A DNA stretch of 59,476 bases, counting the filler, from Sphacelaria rigidula (lineage: Eukaryota), in assembly GCA_964200075.2 (NCBI GenBank). It is 9 parts of 9 records of this genome, joined end to end, with 100 filler letters (N's around TTAATTAATTAA, not from the genome) between each part and the next. Parts side by side here need not be neighbours in the genome. Positions count along the whole stretch, not along the records: positions 46,339 to 52,857 come from CAXNAA020019585.1; positions 52,958 to 59,476 come from CAXNAA020019586.1; 7 more parts are not named here. One strand, 5' to 3'. A model generated the notes under the pieces. It worked only from the letters and a program-made list of their open reading frames with translations. It had not been told where the DNA came from and made no database searches. Every line of letters starts with the position of its first letter. The stretch's first letter is position 1. Below are positions 48,490 to 59,476 of this stretch, one piece after another. The position numbers and the translations under genes were made by a program.

Positions 48490-49470
48490 AAAGACTCTTG
48501 TTCACTCGTATTCGTTATCGCTCCTTTCAATGCTCTCTCAGCTGCTCTCTGGCTGTAGCAATCGCCCAACAGTCAGCTCCACCCAAGCGAGTACCGCAAG
48601 AGGGCTGAAGGACCCATGCCTGTACCTTTTTATCAGTCTCACATCCGGCCTAGTCAAGCTCAAGCAGACCCGCAGGTATAGAATCTCAGATTTGATCATA
48701 GACGCCTCCTGTCTTCATGACACTCGCCCATCCAGAGGAACCTCTGGTACAGTTGCGATTAGAAATCTCGAAAAGCAGCGAAAATCGAGGTTTTTCTCCA
48801 CGTCAAGTCATGAACGACAAGGAAGGCGAACTCAATGCTATGAAATCACTCGGCCGAAGTGGCTAAAGAAGAAGAAGGTACACCCCAGACGACGAGGGCA
48901 ACATTCACTCCGTTGCCCGATCCTCCCACACCTCAAACAAGGTAAGCGAAATCTGCTACTGAAAAGCGCAAGTGCGCTTGAAGACGCAGGAGCACACAAT
49001 GCTGCTGCGGGCTAGCGAACTAAACAGACGAACACAAAATGCTTTGACGTGCTAGCCAATATAGAGGCAAAAGAGAAAACACACCAGGGGCACAACGTCT
49101 ATGTGGGTGGTACCAAAGTCAACCGCCGAAAAGTCAATCACATGCGGCGAGCGCATGGTGGCTGAGGAAGCAAGGGGATAAACAACTCAAAGACTGCAAG
49201 GGGTCCAGTGCCAGTAAAATAAAAAGCCAAAAGCGGGAATACGAGAAGCTCCAGTAGTCGAGGATGTACGTGTTCCACGCAAGTTTCATTCGTCGTCCGT
49301 GGTTGTGCGCCGAAGGAGCTCCGGTTGAAGGCTGTTGAAGAAGTCGATGGGTGGCACCGGTGTGTCCTGGATGTTGGAAACGGGGGAAAATATCTACACG
49401 ACACGGGAAGAAAATAAAAGAGAAAGAAAAAAAATATGTAGGGATCGGAAAGCAGAAGGTCTGTGGAAGC

Positions 49471-52400
49471 TTAAAGCGGTGCGTTAACATCATGTGTGCG
49501 ATCGATATTATGTTGGATTCCGCGGCGGAGGCCTTTGAATTTGAGTCGCTGAAGACACCAAGACCTTCGTGGTGCGGATGGACTGGTGATATAGAGCTCT
49601 GGGCGGAGCTTGAGCTCCACGGGCCCGGGGTCATCGATGAAGCGCACGATGTAGGTGTCAGGCGCGATGAGGTCTGTGGAATGGGTCTGGCCTAGCCACC
49701 AGAGGTTGTCGCTGCCTTTGTACCACAAGTAGACGCCTTTGGGGAGGATTTCCTGTTTTGTGCGGATCTTTTCTTTCCAATGTTGGGTGGCTATCAGTTC
49801 ATAGCCATCGGCGACAAAGCGCGAACCTTCGTCACGGTGAAGTTCGCGTGCTGCTGCGCCGCGGCGCATGTTGCGATATGTTTTGTTGTAAGCAAGATGT
49901 TGCTGCTGAGGTTGTGTCCAATACAGGAGAATAGCTCGGCGGTGCAACTGAAGGTCGGATTCGCGTTCCCAAGACGCTCTCCGAAGGCCTTGCCAGTAAG
50001 TTTGTACATGACAGCAATCTTACCGCCTCGACTGCGAGTGATCTGGTGACCAGAAATGTGGGACACGGCGAGACGAAGGGATTGTTCCGTCACATCGTCG
50101 GTAGTAACGTGATATGGTGGTGATTTAGTCGAATAGCTGTTGAGTACGTGCTGCGTAAGACCGGCAGGCAGATATTTGGGCATGTCTCTAGTGTCATGCG
50201 GGTTGATGCAAAGTTTACAACGGTGTACAGAGACGCGAGATTTGGCGCCATGTCGTTGAAGGTCGCGAGGAAGATCGAGATAAAGAAGTTTGTCACCCAC
50301 AGGTTTACCATCAGGTGAAGATGACGAGGGCCCTACGGTCAGAATCTTGAACGGTCTTGTCCAGTTGAGGGATAGCTTAGTCTTCAAGACTGTCTCGTTG
50401 GCAGCTCTGTCAGCGCCTTGACAAATGGTTGACAAACTGTTGTAAACCCAGACCCAATCGCCAACCTTCCAAGTAGGTCGTTTGCGCATCAGATTGCAGA
50501 GAGCATTATTAGATATCTCAAGGCGCGAGGCGTTGATAGCGTGTTGTTCACGCACGAGAGTGAAAGCTTCGCGCTGGTGTGCACGCGCCAGGTCATGGTG
50601 GGATATCTGATCCTGATCCAAGCCTTGGTGGCCATCGAAGGTGTGTCTCTCAAATACGGTGATGGGCTAACGCGGGTAGCGGCCGAGATGTAACTCGTTT
50701 GGAGAAAGACCGGTAACAGCGTTGACGGTGTTGTTATAAGACAACATGACATGTGAGAGATGGAGATTCCAATCGTTTTGTCGATCTTTGACTACCATAG
50801 ACAGCATCTGGGCCACCGTTAGCATTAGGGTGGTAAGCGCTTGTGGCAATCTTTCGAATGCCCAGGAGCGTACACAGTTCGTCCGAGAGATTGGAGCAAA
50901 ATTTCTGACCATTGTCGGAGAGAAGCCGTTTCGGGCAACCATAGTGTTTGATATAGTCATGAACTAAGATATTAGCTGTGCCCGCCGCTGTGAAGTCTCC
51001 AGCGGTGACTGCGTACATGGCTGCGTGACGGCTGAAGCGGTCGGTAAAGAGTAAGATGTAGGTGTTACCACGGTCAGTGGGCGGTAAAGGACCAAAATAG
51101 TCGAAAGACACGAGGTGACCAGGAGCGTTAGAAAGTGCCATCGAAATAACTGGCCAACGTATAGTCTGTAGTGAATTTTTGCGAGCTTGGCACTTGAAGC
51201 AACGCCGAATCTAGAAGCGGGTGGGCACTTTCATACCTATCCACCAGTAGAAACGTTCGAGTAACGCTAATGTGCGCGTGACTCCAAGGTGGCAAGACAG
51301 GTCAGTATGGCAGCCTTTCATTACCCACGGTCGCATCAAAAATGGGACATATATTCGAGTGCGTTCATCGTCGAGTAGGTGCGCATGGCGTCCAGTGGGC
51401 GCGGGTGAAGTTACAACCTGCTGGGGTAGGACGGCGGACAAGCAATCCGATTCCGTCATCACTTGTGAAGATAGTACCTTTGCGTGCAAGTTCGTACACC
51501 TCAGCGGCGTTTGGTGGTGGCAGTGTGCCAATCGGGGCCAATAAATAGGCCAGGATAGGAGCAGGGCAGCCAGCACGGACGTACCGCATGGTTGCGCGGC
51601 ATAATAGTTCTGCTTGTCGTTCACGAGTCCAATCACGATGGGAGTAACTGGCGAGAAATTCTCGCAGTTGACCTTCCGCCGGAGAGCCGACCAGACATGG
51701 TGGCTCAGGAAGTGGTGGAACAGGCGACGGGGAGGAGGTGCCAACGTCGATGTGAACATCGGAAGCATCAGAAGAGGTGGGCACTGACGGGACCGCTGCA
51801 GGCGGCGCTTGTTGTGAGAACTGCGCGTGGCGGGGGTTGTCAAGGCTCGTGGTACGGTGTTGCGGGGAGCCGGCGCGACGCTGCTTGCTGGAGCAGTAGG
51901 TGTTGTCGGTGGCGGTGGGGCGCGGGGAGGGTTAGCGCGGGCGGCAGACCGAGAGCGCGTGTTGTCGAAAATGAGATGGACAACTGGAGGTGGCGAAACT
52001 GCAATATTTGCGCGAGGACCGATAGTACGGAAATCAGCGAAGTCGGCGTCGGTGGGTTGGAGTCCATTCAAGACTGCATCATACGGTACGGGGCGGGGGC
52101 CGCCCATGTGCATACCCGTCTCTGGGCAATGAAGGTCAAGGGCGTAAATGGGCGTTGAGAAACGCCGGATAGGATACACACCGGGTTCATCGGGTTCAGT
52201 TAGTCGGCTAGCGTGGCTGAAATCCACAGCCGTTGGAGGGAGGGGCAAGCGGGAGAGAAGTTCAGCATTCCCGTTGGTTTTGCCAGGGCGGTATTTGACA
52301 GTATACTGGTAAGCTGTCAGGAACTCCAACCAGCGTTGCACACGTGGGTTATTTTCGCCAACTTTGGCGAGTTGCTCAAGTGCTGCGTGATCCGTGTAGA

Positions 52401-52791
52401 TTTGAAAAGGCACATGGAACAAATATTATCGAAGGGGCTTTATGGCCCAAGTGATGACTCCGCCTTCCAGCTCCGGTGGACTCCAACTGGCCTTGTTTGC
52501 AAGGGTGGCGCGACTGATATAGAGAGTGGGTCGGATAGAGCCATCGAGTTGAGGCTGATTCAGGACCGCGCCGAGCCCGTCGGTGCTCGCGTCTGTTGAA
52601 AGAGGCGAGAGCCGTCTTGTACGGCATCCCAGTCCGGGAAACAGAGGACCGGTTGCTCAGTGAGCGTTTTCAGCAAGTCGCGCACGATAGCTTCCATATC
52701 TTTGGTGAAGATAAACGCGGCGCCTTTTTCAAGCAAGTCCGTAATGGGGCGAATCCGTTTGGACAGGTTAGGAAAACATTTGCGATAGAAT
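49471..52791 (-). mobile_element. Degenerate Ty3/Gypsy pol (RT C-terminus, RNase H, integrase, C-terminal chromodomain-like region)
   Basis: YRKCFPNLSKRIRPITDLL; IYTDHAALEQL...RVQRWLEFLTAYQYTVKYRPGK.NGNA.LLSRLP; CH..LSCHLGVTRTL.LLERFYWW; VSFDYFGPLP...TDRFSR; LLSDNG; KTKLSLNWT.PFKIL; ISGHQITRSRGGKIAVMY. Frameshifted. Confidence 0.97.
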
Positions 52792-52857
52792 CATCCTACG
52801 ATAGGGGGGGGGGTATTTGGTTGCACGAAAAAAGAGGCTTATAAGTGTGTCAGACAT

Positions 52858-52957
52858 NNNNNNNNNNNNNNNNNNNNNNNNNNNNNNNNNNNNNNNNNNN
52901 NTTAATTAATTAANNNNNNNNNNNNNNNNNNNNNNNNNNNNNNNNNNNNNNNNNNNN
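52858..52957. other. Artificial contig-joining spacer
   Basis: N44-TTAATTAATTAA-N44. Confidence 0.99.
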
Positions 52958-53452
52958 TACTGTGACCAACAGTCACGTGAATCTGCACGTGTGCATTTGC
53001 AGCTTGTTTTACTCGGACACCTGGTGCGTTTGCGCACCTACTCAAGCTTGCAGCACACTGATCATAGCTAGGAAGGTGTGGACCCTGTCTCTACCCCCCT
53101 CTATATCACACATGCGCAGAAGGTCCTGGGTTCGAATACCGGCCCCCATCAATGTGAAACGATAAAAACACATCCTCCAGGGCCAAGCGGGCAACAAAAT
53201 GTCGTGAATGTAGTGGGGGACGAGAAACCTGATGAGTAATTAATGACGAGATTTCACGGCTCAAGGAAAAGACTTGTGCGCAAAATGATGACTTGTCCAC
53301 CTAACATACGCAAGAGACAAGTTGGCTGAAGGCACAAACACTGAGGATGTGCCTTAGGTAGCAGCCCATGTCAATACATCGTTGTTTCAAAATATTGTTA
53401 ATCATGTCCGACCAACTTTGGTGCTGAACAAATAGGAAATTAGTGAGGTTGT

Positions 53453-54300
53453 GTTCTGTAGGGTGCGATTGTTGTGTATACCCGGGGCATTTACCTGGGT
53501 ATCACCCGTACTCGACAGTTCTGTGAGATATGTGAGTTTTTCTCAGACCGGTTCCCGATTGCTCTGTCGTTTCTGTCGAAACGATTTTCCTTCACCCGTG
53601 ACACAGGTATGGCCTTGTAGAAATCCCAACTTGTGGGTAAGACTATGTGATGTGTACAACCTCCACACGGTACCGCGCAGGTTTTGTAAATCTTTGAAGA
53701 CTTACGTACTGGTACACGACAGTTCTGTACGTTCGGTAAGAAATCGCACACCTTACCGAGCACATCTATCCCATGTACAAAATACAACTTTCGAAATTTC
53801 CTCTTTCATACCATCCTCAGGCGAATCCTTCGAGAAATGATGAAAACCCTGAATCAAACCCGAACCCGTCTATGCGCACACAGTATATGTATATCGAAGT
53901 ATGGTGTCAGGGTATTTCAAGGCTATGGTGTTCTGTACGGTACGAGGTTTGGTATACCTGAGACATTTATCCGGGTATTAGAGAGTTTCCGAAAAACCTT
54001 TTTTTGTCATCTCAGAGCGCAAATATCTCAGGATTATCGTGCAGAATAAGAAAAAACACGCCATCGAAAAAACGTTAAGGGGGTACCACATTCGACGGAA
54101 GGGGAAATAAATTTTCGTTTCACTCTGATCCTAAGGTATTTGCACTCTGAAATGACAAAAGAGCGTTCTCCGAAACTCTCTATTGCCGGTACCCGATAGG
54201 TTCTGTTATCCCTAAAAGCTTTCCATACCCCTGCTGGATACTTCTGTAAGTTCTGCAAGCCTCCCATACCCGTACCCGACAGCTCTGTACGTTCTGTACG
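53453..54300. repeat. Degenerate repeat region built of TACCCG / GTTCTGTA motifs (resumes ~54865-54914)
   Basis: Recurrent CCCGTAC.CGACAG.TCTGTA.GTTCTGTAAGACTT-like units at ~53505, 53710, 54230-54300 and 54870-54914. Confidence 0.6.
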
Positions 54301-54914
54301 AAGTGCACGCAGTGGGTCAAACTTCATGGTATTGGCGTGATCTGCATGTCATCACAGACGATGTGTGGCCTTTACTCGAGAATTTGAGAGACGGTGGGCG
54401 TTGGAACGGAAGCAGGTCGTCGTCAGGACACATTTCGCCGTTTCGTAATGTACAGAGCAAAACCCCGTTTGTCGAGGAGGTGCTGTTGATCGCGCATGGT
54501 CCCCAAAATACGGTTGTCCGGCCGTAGCGCAATGAGTATCAAGGGAGTTTAGTCAAGTCATGGAATTATTTATTCATTATAACGATCCGGATCGGTTCGC
54601 TCGAACGAAAATATTGAAGAGCGAGCACCGGGGGCTGTACACTCGTAGGACCCCCAAAGACCGGTGAGACCTTATCTCGTTCACAAAACAAATGGTCATA
54701 TATTACATATATTTCTCCTCTCGATTCCCAAGGCCTGGAACCATGCAGAAACGTTGATGAGATGTGGTATCCGAAAAACCTGAACAGAAGGCGTTCGATT
54801 TGAATCTGCTATCCACTGCTCTGAACCCTTTAAGCTTCACCACTTATGTAGCTTTGAGTTATGTGCGTTCTGTAAGACTTACATGCAGATACCCAACAGT
54901 TCTGCAGGTTCTGT

Positions 54915-55161
54915 GACACTTTCTACGATAGCCCCCCCCAAAAGTGCATGGTTTTGGGAGACGATATCTTGACGTAAATCGAAACGGGAAAAGCCGAACA
55001 CAACGAGGGGCTGGGAATTCCGACGCTTGGGTTCGTTCTAGCCAATGCCGCCAATATGAGGCGCTTCATACAGCCTGAATCCAAACATCAGGCGCTGTAT
55101 GACAATTTTTCTCGTGACACTTTTGGGCTGGTTCTGGAGGGGGGCTATCGTAGAAAGCGTC
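54915..55161 (+). mobile_element. 247-bp MITE, ~23-bp TIR, 4-bp TSD
   Basis: CTGT|GACACTTTCTACGATAGCCCCCC ... GGGGGGCTATCGTAGAAAGCGTC|CTGC; four copies in the window. Confidence 0.85.
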
Positions 55162-57182
55162 CTGCACGAAATTCCAAACCATACCGAACGCCAAAACACA
55201 GCCTCGGAAAGTTGGGAGATTATGCTTGATATATCGATATATCGCGAATACAAATATCATATCAGCTCGATCCTGGCGCCTGGTGATGAGCAATCCGACG
55301 GTAGCGGGGTGGCGGGGTATTTCGTTCCGCAAAACAAGGGGGTCCTATCGTGTAGACAGGTAGTATGTGCTTGAGGACCGACGCCCGGATGGGTAGGGTG
55401 ACTCGTGTACAGAGTCGAGCTGGGGGACATTGTAGGAGGTTTGCTCGGTGAGGGATATCCTCGTCCCAAGTCCGAGGCTACATGGGTGGGGGGGTACTCC
55501 CACCTTGGTGCCTACCCGTACATTCGCTAGGTATGTTTGACCTCTGGGTTGGACATGCCTGACGGATGGAGCGCCTCGAATGCACTGGACGAAACTAGAA
55601 ATAGCGAAGTGCATGGGGCAAGGTTCGTTCCTGTCCTCTGGGGACGAATAACAAACAAACAGGTATGTGCTGTTGATAAAAAGAGTGTTCTTACGCAATT
55701 CGCTGCTTGCAACAATGATTCAAAGCGACTGCTCTGCGCAAGAAGAGGCCCAGAACACCCGCCTCCCTGTCGTAGATTGACTCCAAAGTGGATCCTTCGT
55801 GGAAGAAGTGACCCCCCCCCTCCCTTATCGTAGGATGGCTCTGATTCATATCCACAACAGATATTGTCGCCGCTTAATAACGCAGAAAAGATTTGGTATG
55901 CTCGTACAACTCCCTTCTTGTCGAAGAACATACAAAGAGGCTCATAGGGGGGGGGGGGGTAATGTGGGTACATACTACCACGTGTAGAGAGATTTCCACA
56001 ATTGTTCATCGAGGTCTCATCACATTCCCGTGATACAATAAATACCCGAAAACAATCAAAGAGGGTGTTCCACTCGGGGTTCTGTCTTTTTCCCTTTGTT
56101 TGTCTTCAACCCCTATTATGAGTATTATTTACCCTGCTTCAACCATCACGAACAGTTCGTTTGGGGTATTCACGGTTGTAGAGGCAACCATTGACACTAT
56201 GAAGAAGTTTGTAAGCGATGCATTAGCATACATGCCGACGCAAACGGACCCCTCTGCGGCCGACGGGTGAAGTCTCTCGACATTCATCGTTGCTGTTCCG
56301 ACATCGTTCCTGCTAAGAGCAGGCTGTGTACGTACGAGCTGGGCCAGCCTAGGAACGGATCTGTAGGTCGCAAGCCCATTCTCATCTCAATTTCGAGACT
56401 TGGACTCTCAAATGTGGGATGGAGACTCAACTGTGCATAAGAGAGGTATCTCAAACTCGGCTCCCGGTATCCTGGTTTGCTTTGTTCAATTTTTTCAAGT
56501 GAAAGTGACGCCGATTCATCAGATGATGAGACCTTTTGACCGCCAGGTCATGTCCTCTTATGAATCGCGATCACTTTCACATGAAAAAATAGTAGACAAC
56601 TCAGAGCCAGCGAATAAGCCAGGATATCGGAAGCCGAGTTCGAGATACCGCTAATATGTTCAAATACCTCAGGGCAGGGAGCGTTATATTCTTTCACGAG
56701 TAGAGGGTAACAATCAACACCCAGTTTTGAGTGAATTATACGTACGTCATGGGAGAAAAAAATTCACATCCGGAGATCATTTTTTGTTCCGCAATGTTGA
56801 CTCTCAAACCCAAATTCGAAAATCCAACTTTCGAAATTGAGGTGAGACCGTGCGGTTTAGAACGAGGGCTGATCGAAACCGGAAAAGTATCCTGCAGGTC
56901 ATTTACCGGCCCAGATTGTGTACTTGTGCTTTGAAATTTGGTGTGGGAAAAAATTATAGAGCACTATGATAGAACGAAAATGGGATATGCTGATTTTATT
57001 TTCCACGAGTCAAGGACTTCCTAATATAGTAAGGACCCTTTCATCACGAGAACGTCCTTGAAAAACTGAAGACCCATTTTTTCCCTCCATACCAACTGTC
57101 AAATCACATCTCTCAAATTTAAGCTGAGAAACTAGACGAGGGGAAAATAATGTTCACTCCTCAGTGCGACGTCAAAGACATG

Positions 57183-58097
57183 CAAGGGTAGGTCGAGTAG
57201 AGAATGTACTTTGAGTACTCGAGTAAAATACTCGAGTATTTACTCTATTCGACGTTTGAGTAGGTCGAGTACGGCCTCAAATACTCTACTCAAATTTTGA
57301 GTGCGGCCTCCAATACTATGCTCAAATTTTGAGTAGATCGAGTTTGACCTCATATACTCTACTCAAATTTTGAGTAAGTACTCTCAGTAATACTTAAGTA
57401 CAAAGTATCACTTGAGTATGACCTCAATACTCTACTCAAAGTTTGAGTACGTCGAGTACGGTCTCCGACACCCTACTCAAATTTTGAGAAGGTCGAGTAT
57501 GATCTCAAATACTCTGCTCAAATTTTGAGAAGGTCGAGTACGACCTCAAATACTCTACTCCAATATGAGTAAGTACTCTCAGTAATACTTGAGTATAGAG
57601 TATCACTTGAGTATGACCTCAATACTCTACTCAAATTTTGAGTAGATCGAGTACGGCCTCCGATGCTCTACTCAAATTTTGAGTAGATCGAGTACGGCCT
57701 CCGATACTCTACTCAAATTTCGAGTAGGTCGAGTACGGCCTCAAATACTATACTCAAATATCGAGTGAGCACTCTCAGTAATACTCGAGTATAGAGTATC
57801 ATTTGACTATGACCTCAATACTCTATTCAAATTTTGAGTAGGCCGAGTATGGTCGCAAATACTCTACTCAAATAGTGAGTAAGTACTCTCAGTAATACTT
57901 GAGTATAGAGTATCACTTGAGTATGACCTCAACACTCTACTCAAATTTTGAGTAGATAGAGTACGACCTCAAATACTCTACTCAAATTTTGAGTAGGTTG
58001 AGTAGGGTCTCAAATACTCTACTCAATTTTTGAGTACAAAAAGTATGACTATTCAAAAATACTGAGTATTGAGTATACTCTACTCGACCTACCCTTG
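57183..58097. mobile_element. 915-bp hAT-like non-autonomous element filled with a TACTC/GAGTA tandem array
   Basis: Perfect 20-bp TIR CAAGGGTAGGTCGAGTAGAG / CTCTACTCGACCTACCCTTG; 8-bp TSD AAGACATG/AAGACGTG; interior of ~41-bp repeats. Confidence 0.9.
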
Positions 58098-58474
58098 AAG
58101 ACGTGACGAAACTAAAAACAAACAGTGTGAAAGGAGCTGAAGAGTTTTGTTCGGTATGCCCAAGCGATTTTCCAAACCATACTTCAAAGCACAACTCTCA
58201 CCACAAGTGACATGCGAAATCCATACTTGGTGCATTTAGTGCCTCTGCTCGTAATACCTCGAGCTTAGCATGAAGTATCATGCGCAATATATCTCTAGAT
58301 AGATAACGAACTAGGTGAAGGTGGGGGTATCGATCGTTTCCCCGGGCTCGAGGGAATGTTCACACCGAAAATCGTCGTCATCCGCTGGATAAATCGTACG
58401 GTATTCCATATAGAGCTCAGTATAGACCCTATCTCCGCACGGTATAGAAAGGAACTGCTCGACGTGACCTTTAA

Positions 58475-58575
58475 CCCTTAGACCGCAAGCGTAGTTCATC
58501 TGCACCATGCATACCTTTTTCAAGTGGATCAACTGTTGCCCGTTCAACAGGTGGCCTACTCTCGTCGTCTGGCGT
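58475..58575 (-). mobile_element. ~100-bp piggyBac-like mini-MITE
   Basis: TTAA|CCCTTAGACCGC ... GTCGTCTGGCGT|TTAA; the empty TTAA site is visible in the host copy at ~12431. Confidence 0.75.
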
Positions 58576-58717
58576 TTAACGAACGAGGAAAAATCATCCC
58601 GGGGTTCTCCTTGCTGCCCGTGTTGCTTTGTCTTATTCCCCCTTCTGTTTTTGGTTTTGATACGATTTGGTTTGACCGACCAGCATTCTTGATCTCGTTT
58701 CCGCGGAATTACCTTGT

Positions 58718-58974
58718 GGCAATTTCTGCGATAACTCCCCCCAAAAAAATAAAAATGGCTGGTTTGGCGAGCCAGAATCTACACTTGATTCGAAGTGATG
58801 ATAGCCGGGCACAACCAACAGCTGGGAATTTCCACGCTTCGGTTCGTTTTCACTAATGTCGCCCATATGAGACGCTTCATGCAGCCTGAACCTAAACATC
58901 AGGCGCTGTATGCCCAGGTTTTTCGTGCCAGGTTTGGACTGGTTTTCGGGGGCGGGGCTATCGTAAGAGGTGTC
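58718..58974 (+). mobile_element. 257-bp MITE of the GACACTTTCTACGATAG family, 4-bp TSD
   Basis: TTGT|GGCAATTTCTGCGATAAC ... GCTATCGTAAGAGGTGTC|TTGT; colinear with 54915-55161. Confidence 0.8.
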
Positions 58975-59476
58975 TTGTGTGTGATCATCCGGTAAGTCAC
59001 CACGGCGGCAATAGTAGGGCATGGGTATAAAATTTGCGGCAATTGATCAATCACTCCACCAATCCTTCTGCATATCCACGCAGCTTCAGTTCAAACAGCA
59101 TATCTCCGCCACTGTAAAGAGCCCCTGCCTCTACCCCCCTCCAACCGCCCGATGCCGACCGTCGGGCTCTTGGCTTGAAGAAACCAAGCGTCTCCCCCGC
59201 TGCTATCGCCCTTCACTCCGAAAGACGACGACACACACACACAAGGAAGTCTCCACCCCCGCCCACCCACCTCAGGATCAGAGCCCTCCCCCGTTCCGAA
59301 AATCCCGCAGCCTTTTTTTCTTTTCCTCACACTTTGAACCCCTCCCCTTCCTCGGGTTGAGTCCGTGGTCTCAAGGGATCAACCCATCTCTCCCTTGGTA
59401 CGTGCCTTTCATTTTGATCTCGCGGATTGGATCAGCACTCCCGCACCGCGTCAACTCACGTCACACAAACCCAGTC

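Larger units (their letters stand above)
56335..58600 (+). mobile_element. Tc1/mariner-like non-autonomous element hosting nested insertions; right end not resolved
   Basis: TA|CGAGCTGGGCCAGCCTAGG start; 58290-58460 is homologous to 4140-4310. Confidence 0.65.

Noticed and set aside
55527..56009. RT-like motif LRQGGGCSGPLL in a 160-aa minus ORF
   Set aside because: One weak motif with no YxDD or other RT blocks nearby.
57183..58097. CRISPR-like regularly spaced palindromic repeats (also 800-1320 and 40643-40933)
   Set aside because: Units are contiguous tandem repeats without unique spacers, there are no cas genes, the context is eukaryotic, and the main array is bounded by TIRs and a TSD.

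Overview
Repeat-dominated eukaryotic DNA; a brown alga (Phaeophyceae) is my inference, from resemblance of the Gypsy, Copia and RTE peptides to Ectocarpus-type elements and from kb-long GT-AG introns. The window is not one locus. It is nine unrelated contigs (6521, 6520, 6520, 6520, 6519, 6519, 6519, 6519, 6519 bp, sorted by length) joined by an artificial 100-nt spacer (N44-TTAATTAATTAA-N44), so nothing across spacers is neighbouring. The only host gene I can support is a minus-strand RGS-domain (regulator of G-protein signalling) gene. Three of its exons (32534-32788, 31086-31214, 28341-28421) splice in frame, and the ORF track shows only fragments of it. The rest is decayed retroelements (two Gypsy, one Copia with a 3' LTR, one RTE-type LINE), a tRNA-derived SINE family, and many nested non-autonomous DNA transposons defined by terminal inverted repeats (TIRs) and target-site duplications (TSDs). 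These include piggyBac-, Tc1/mariner-, PIF/Harbinger- and hAT-like elements, plus 4-bp and 8-bp TSD families I cannot assign. I find no CRISPR array, no true RNA gene, and no evidence for a novel multi-gene system. The most interesting items are the RGS gene and the unclassified transposon and SINE families.
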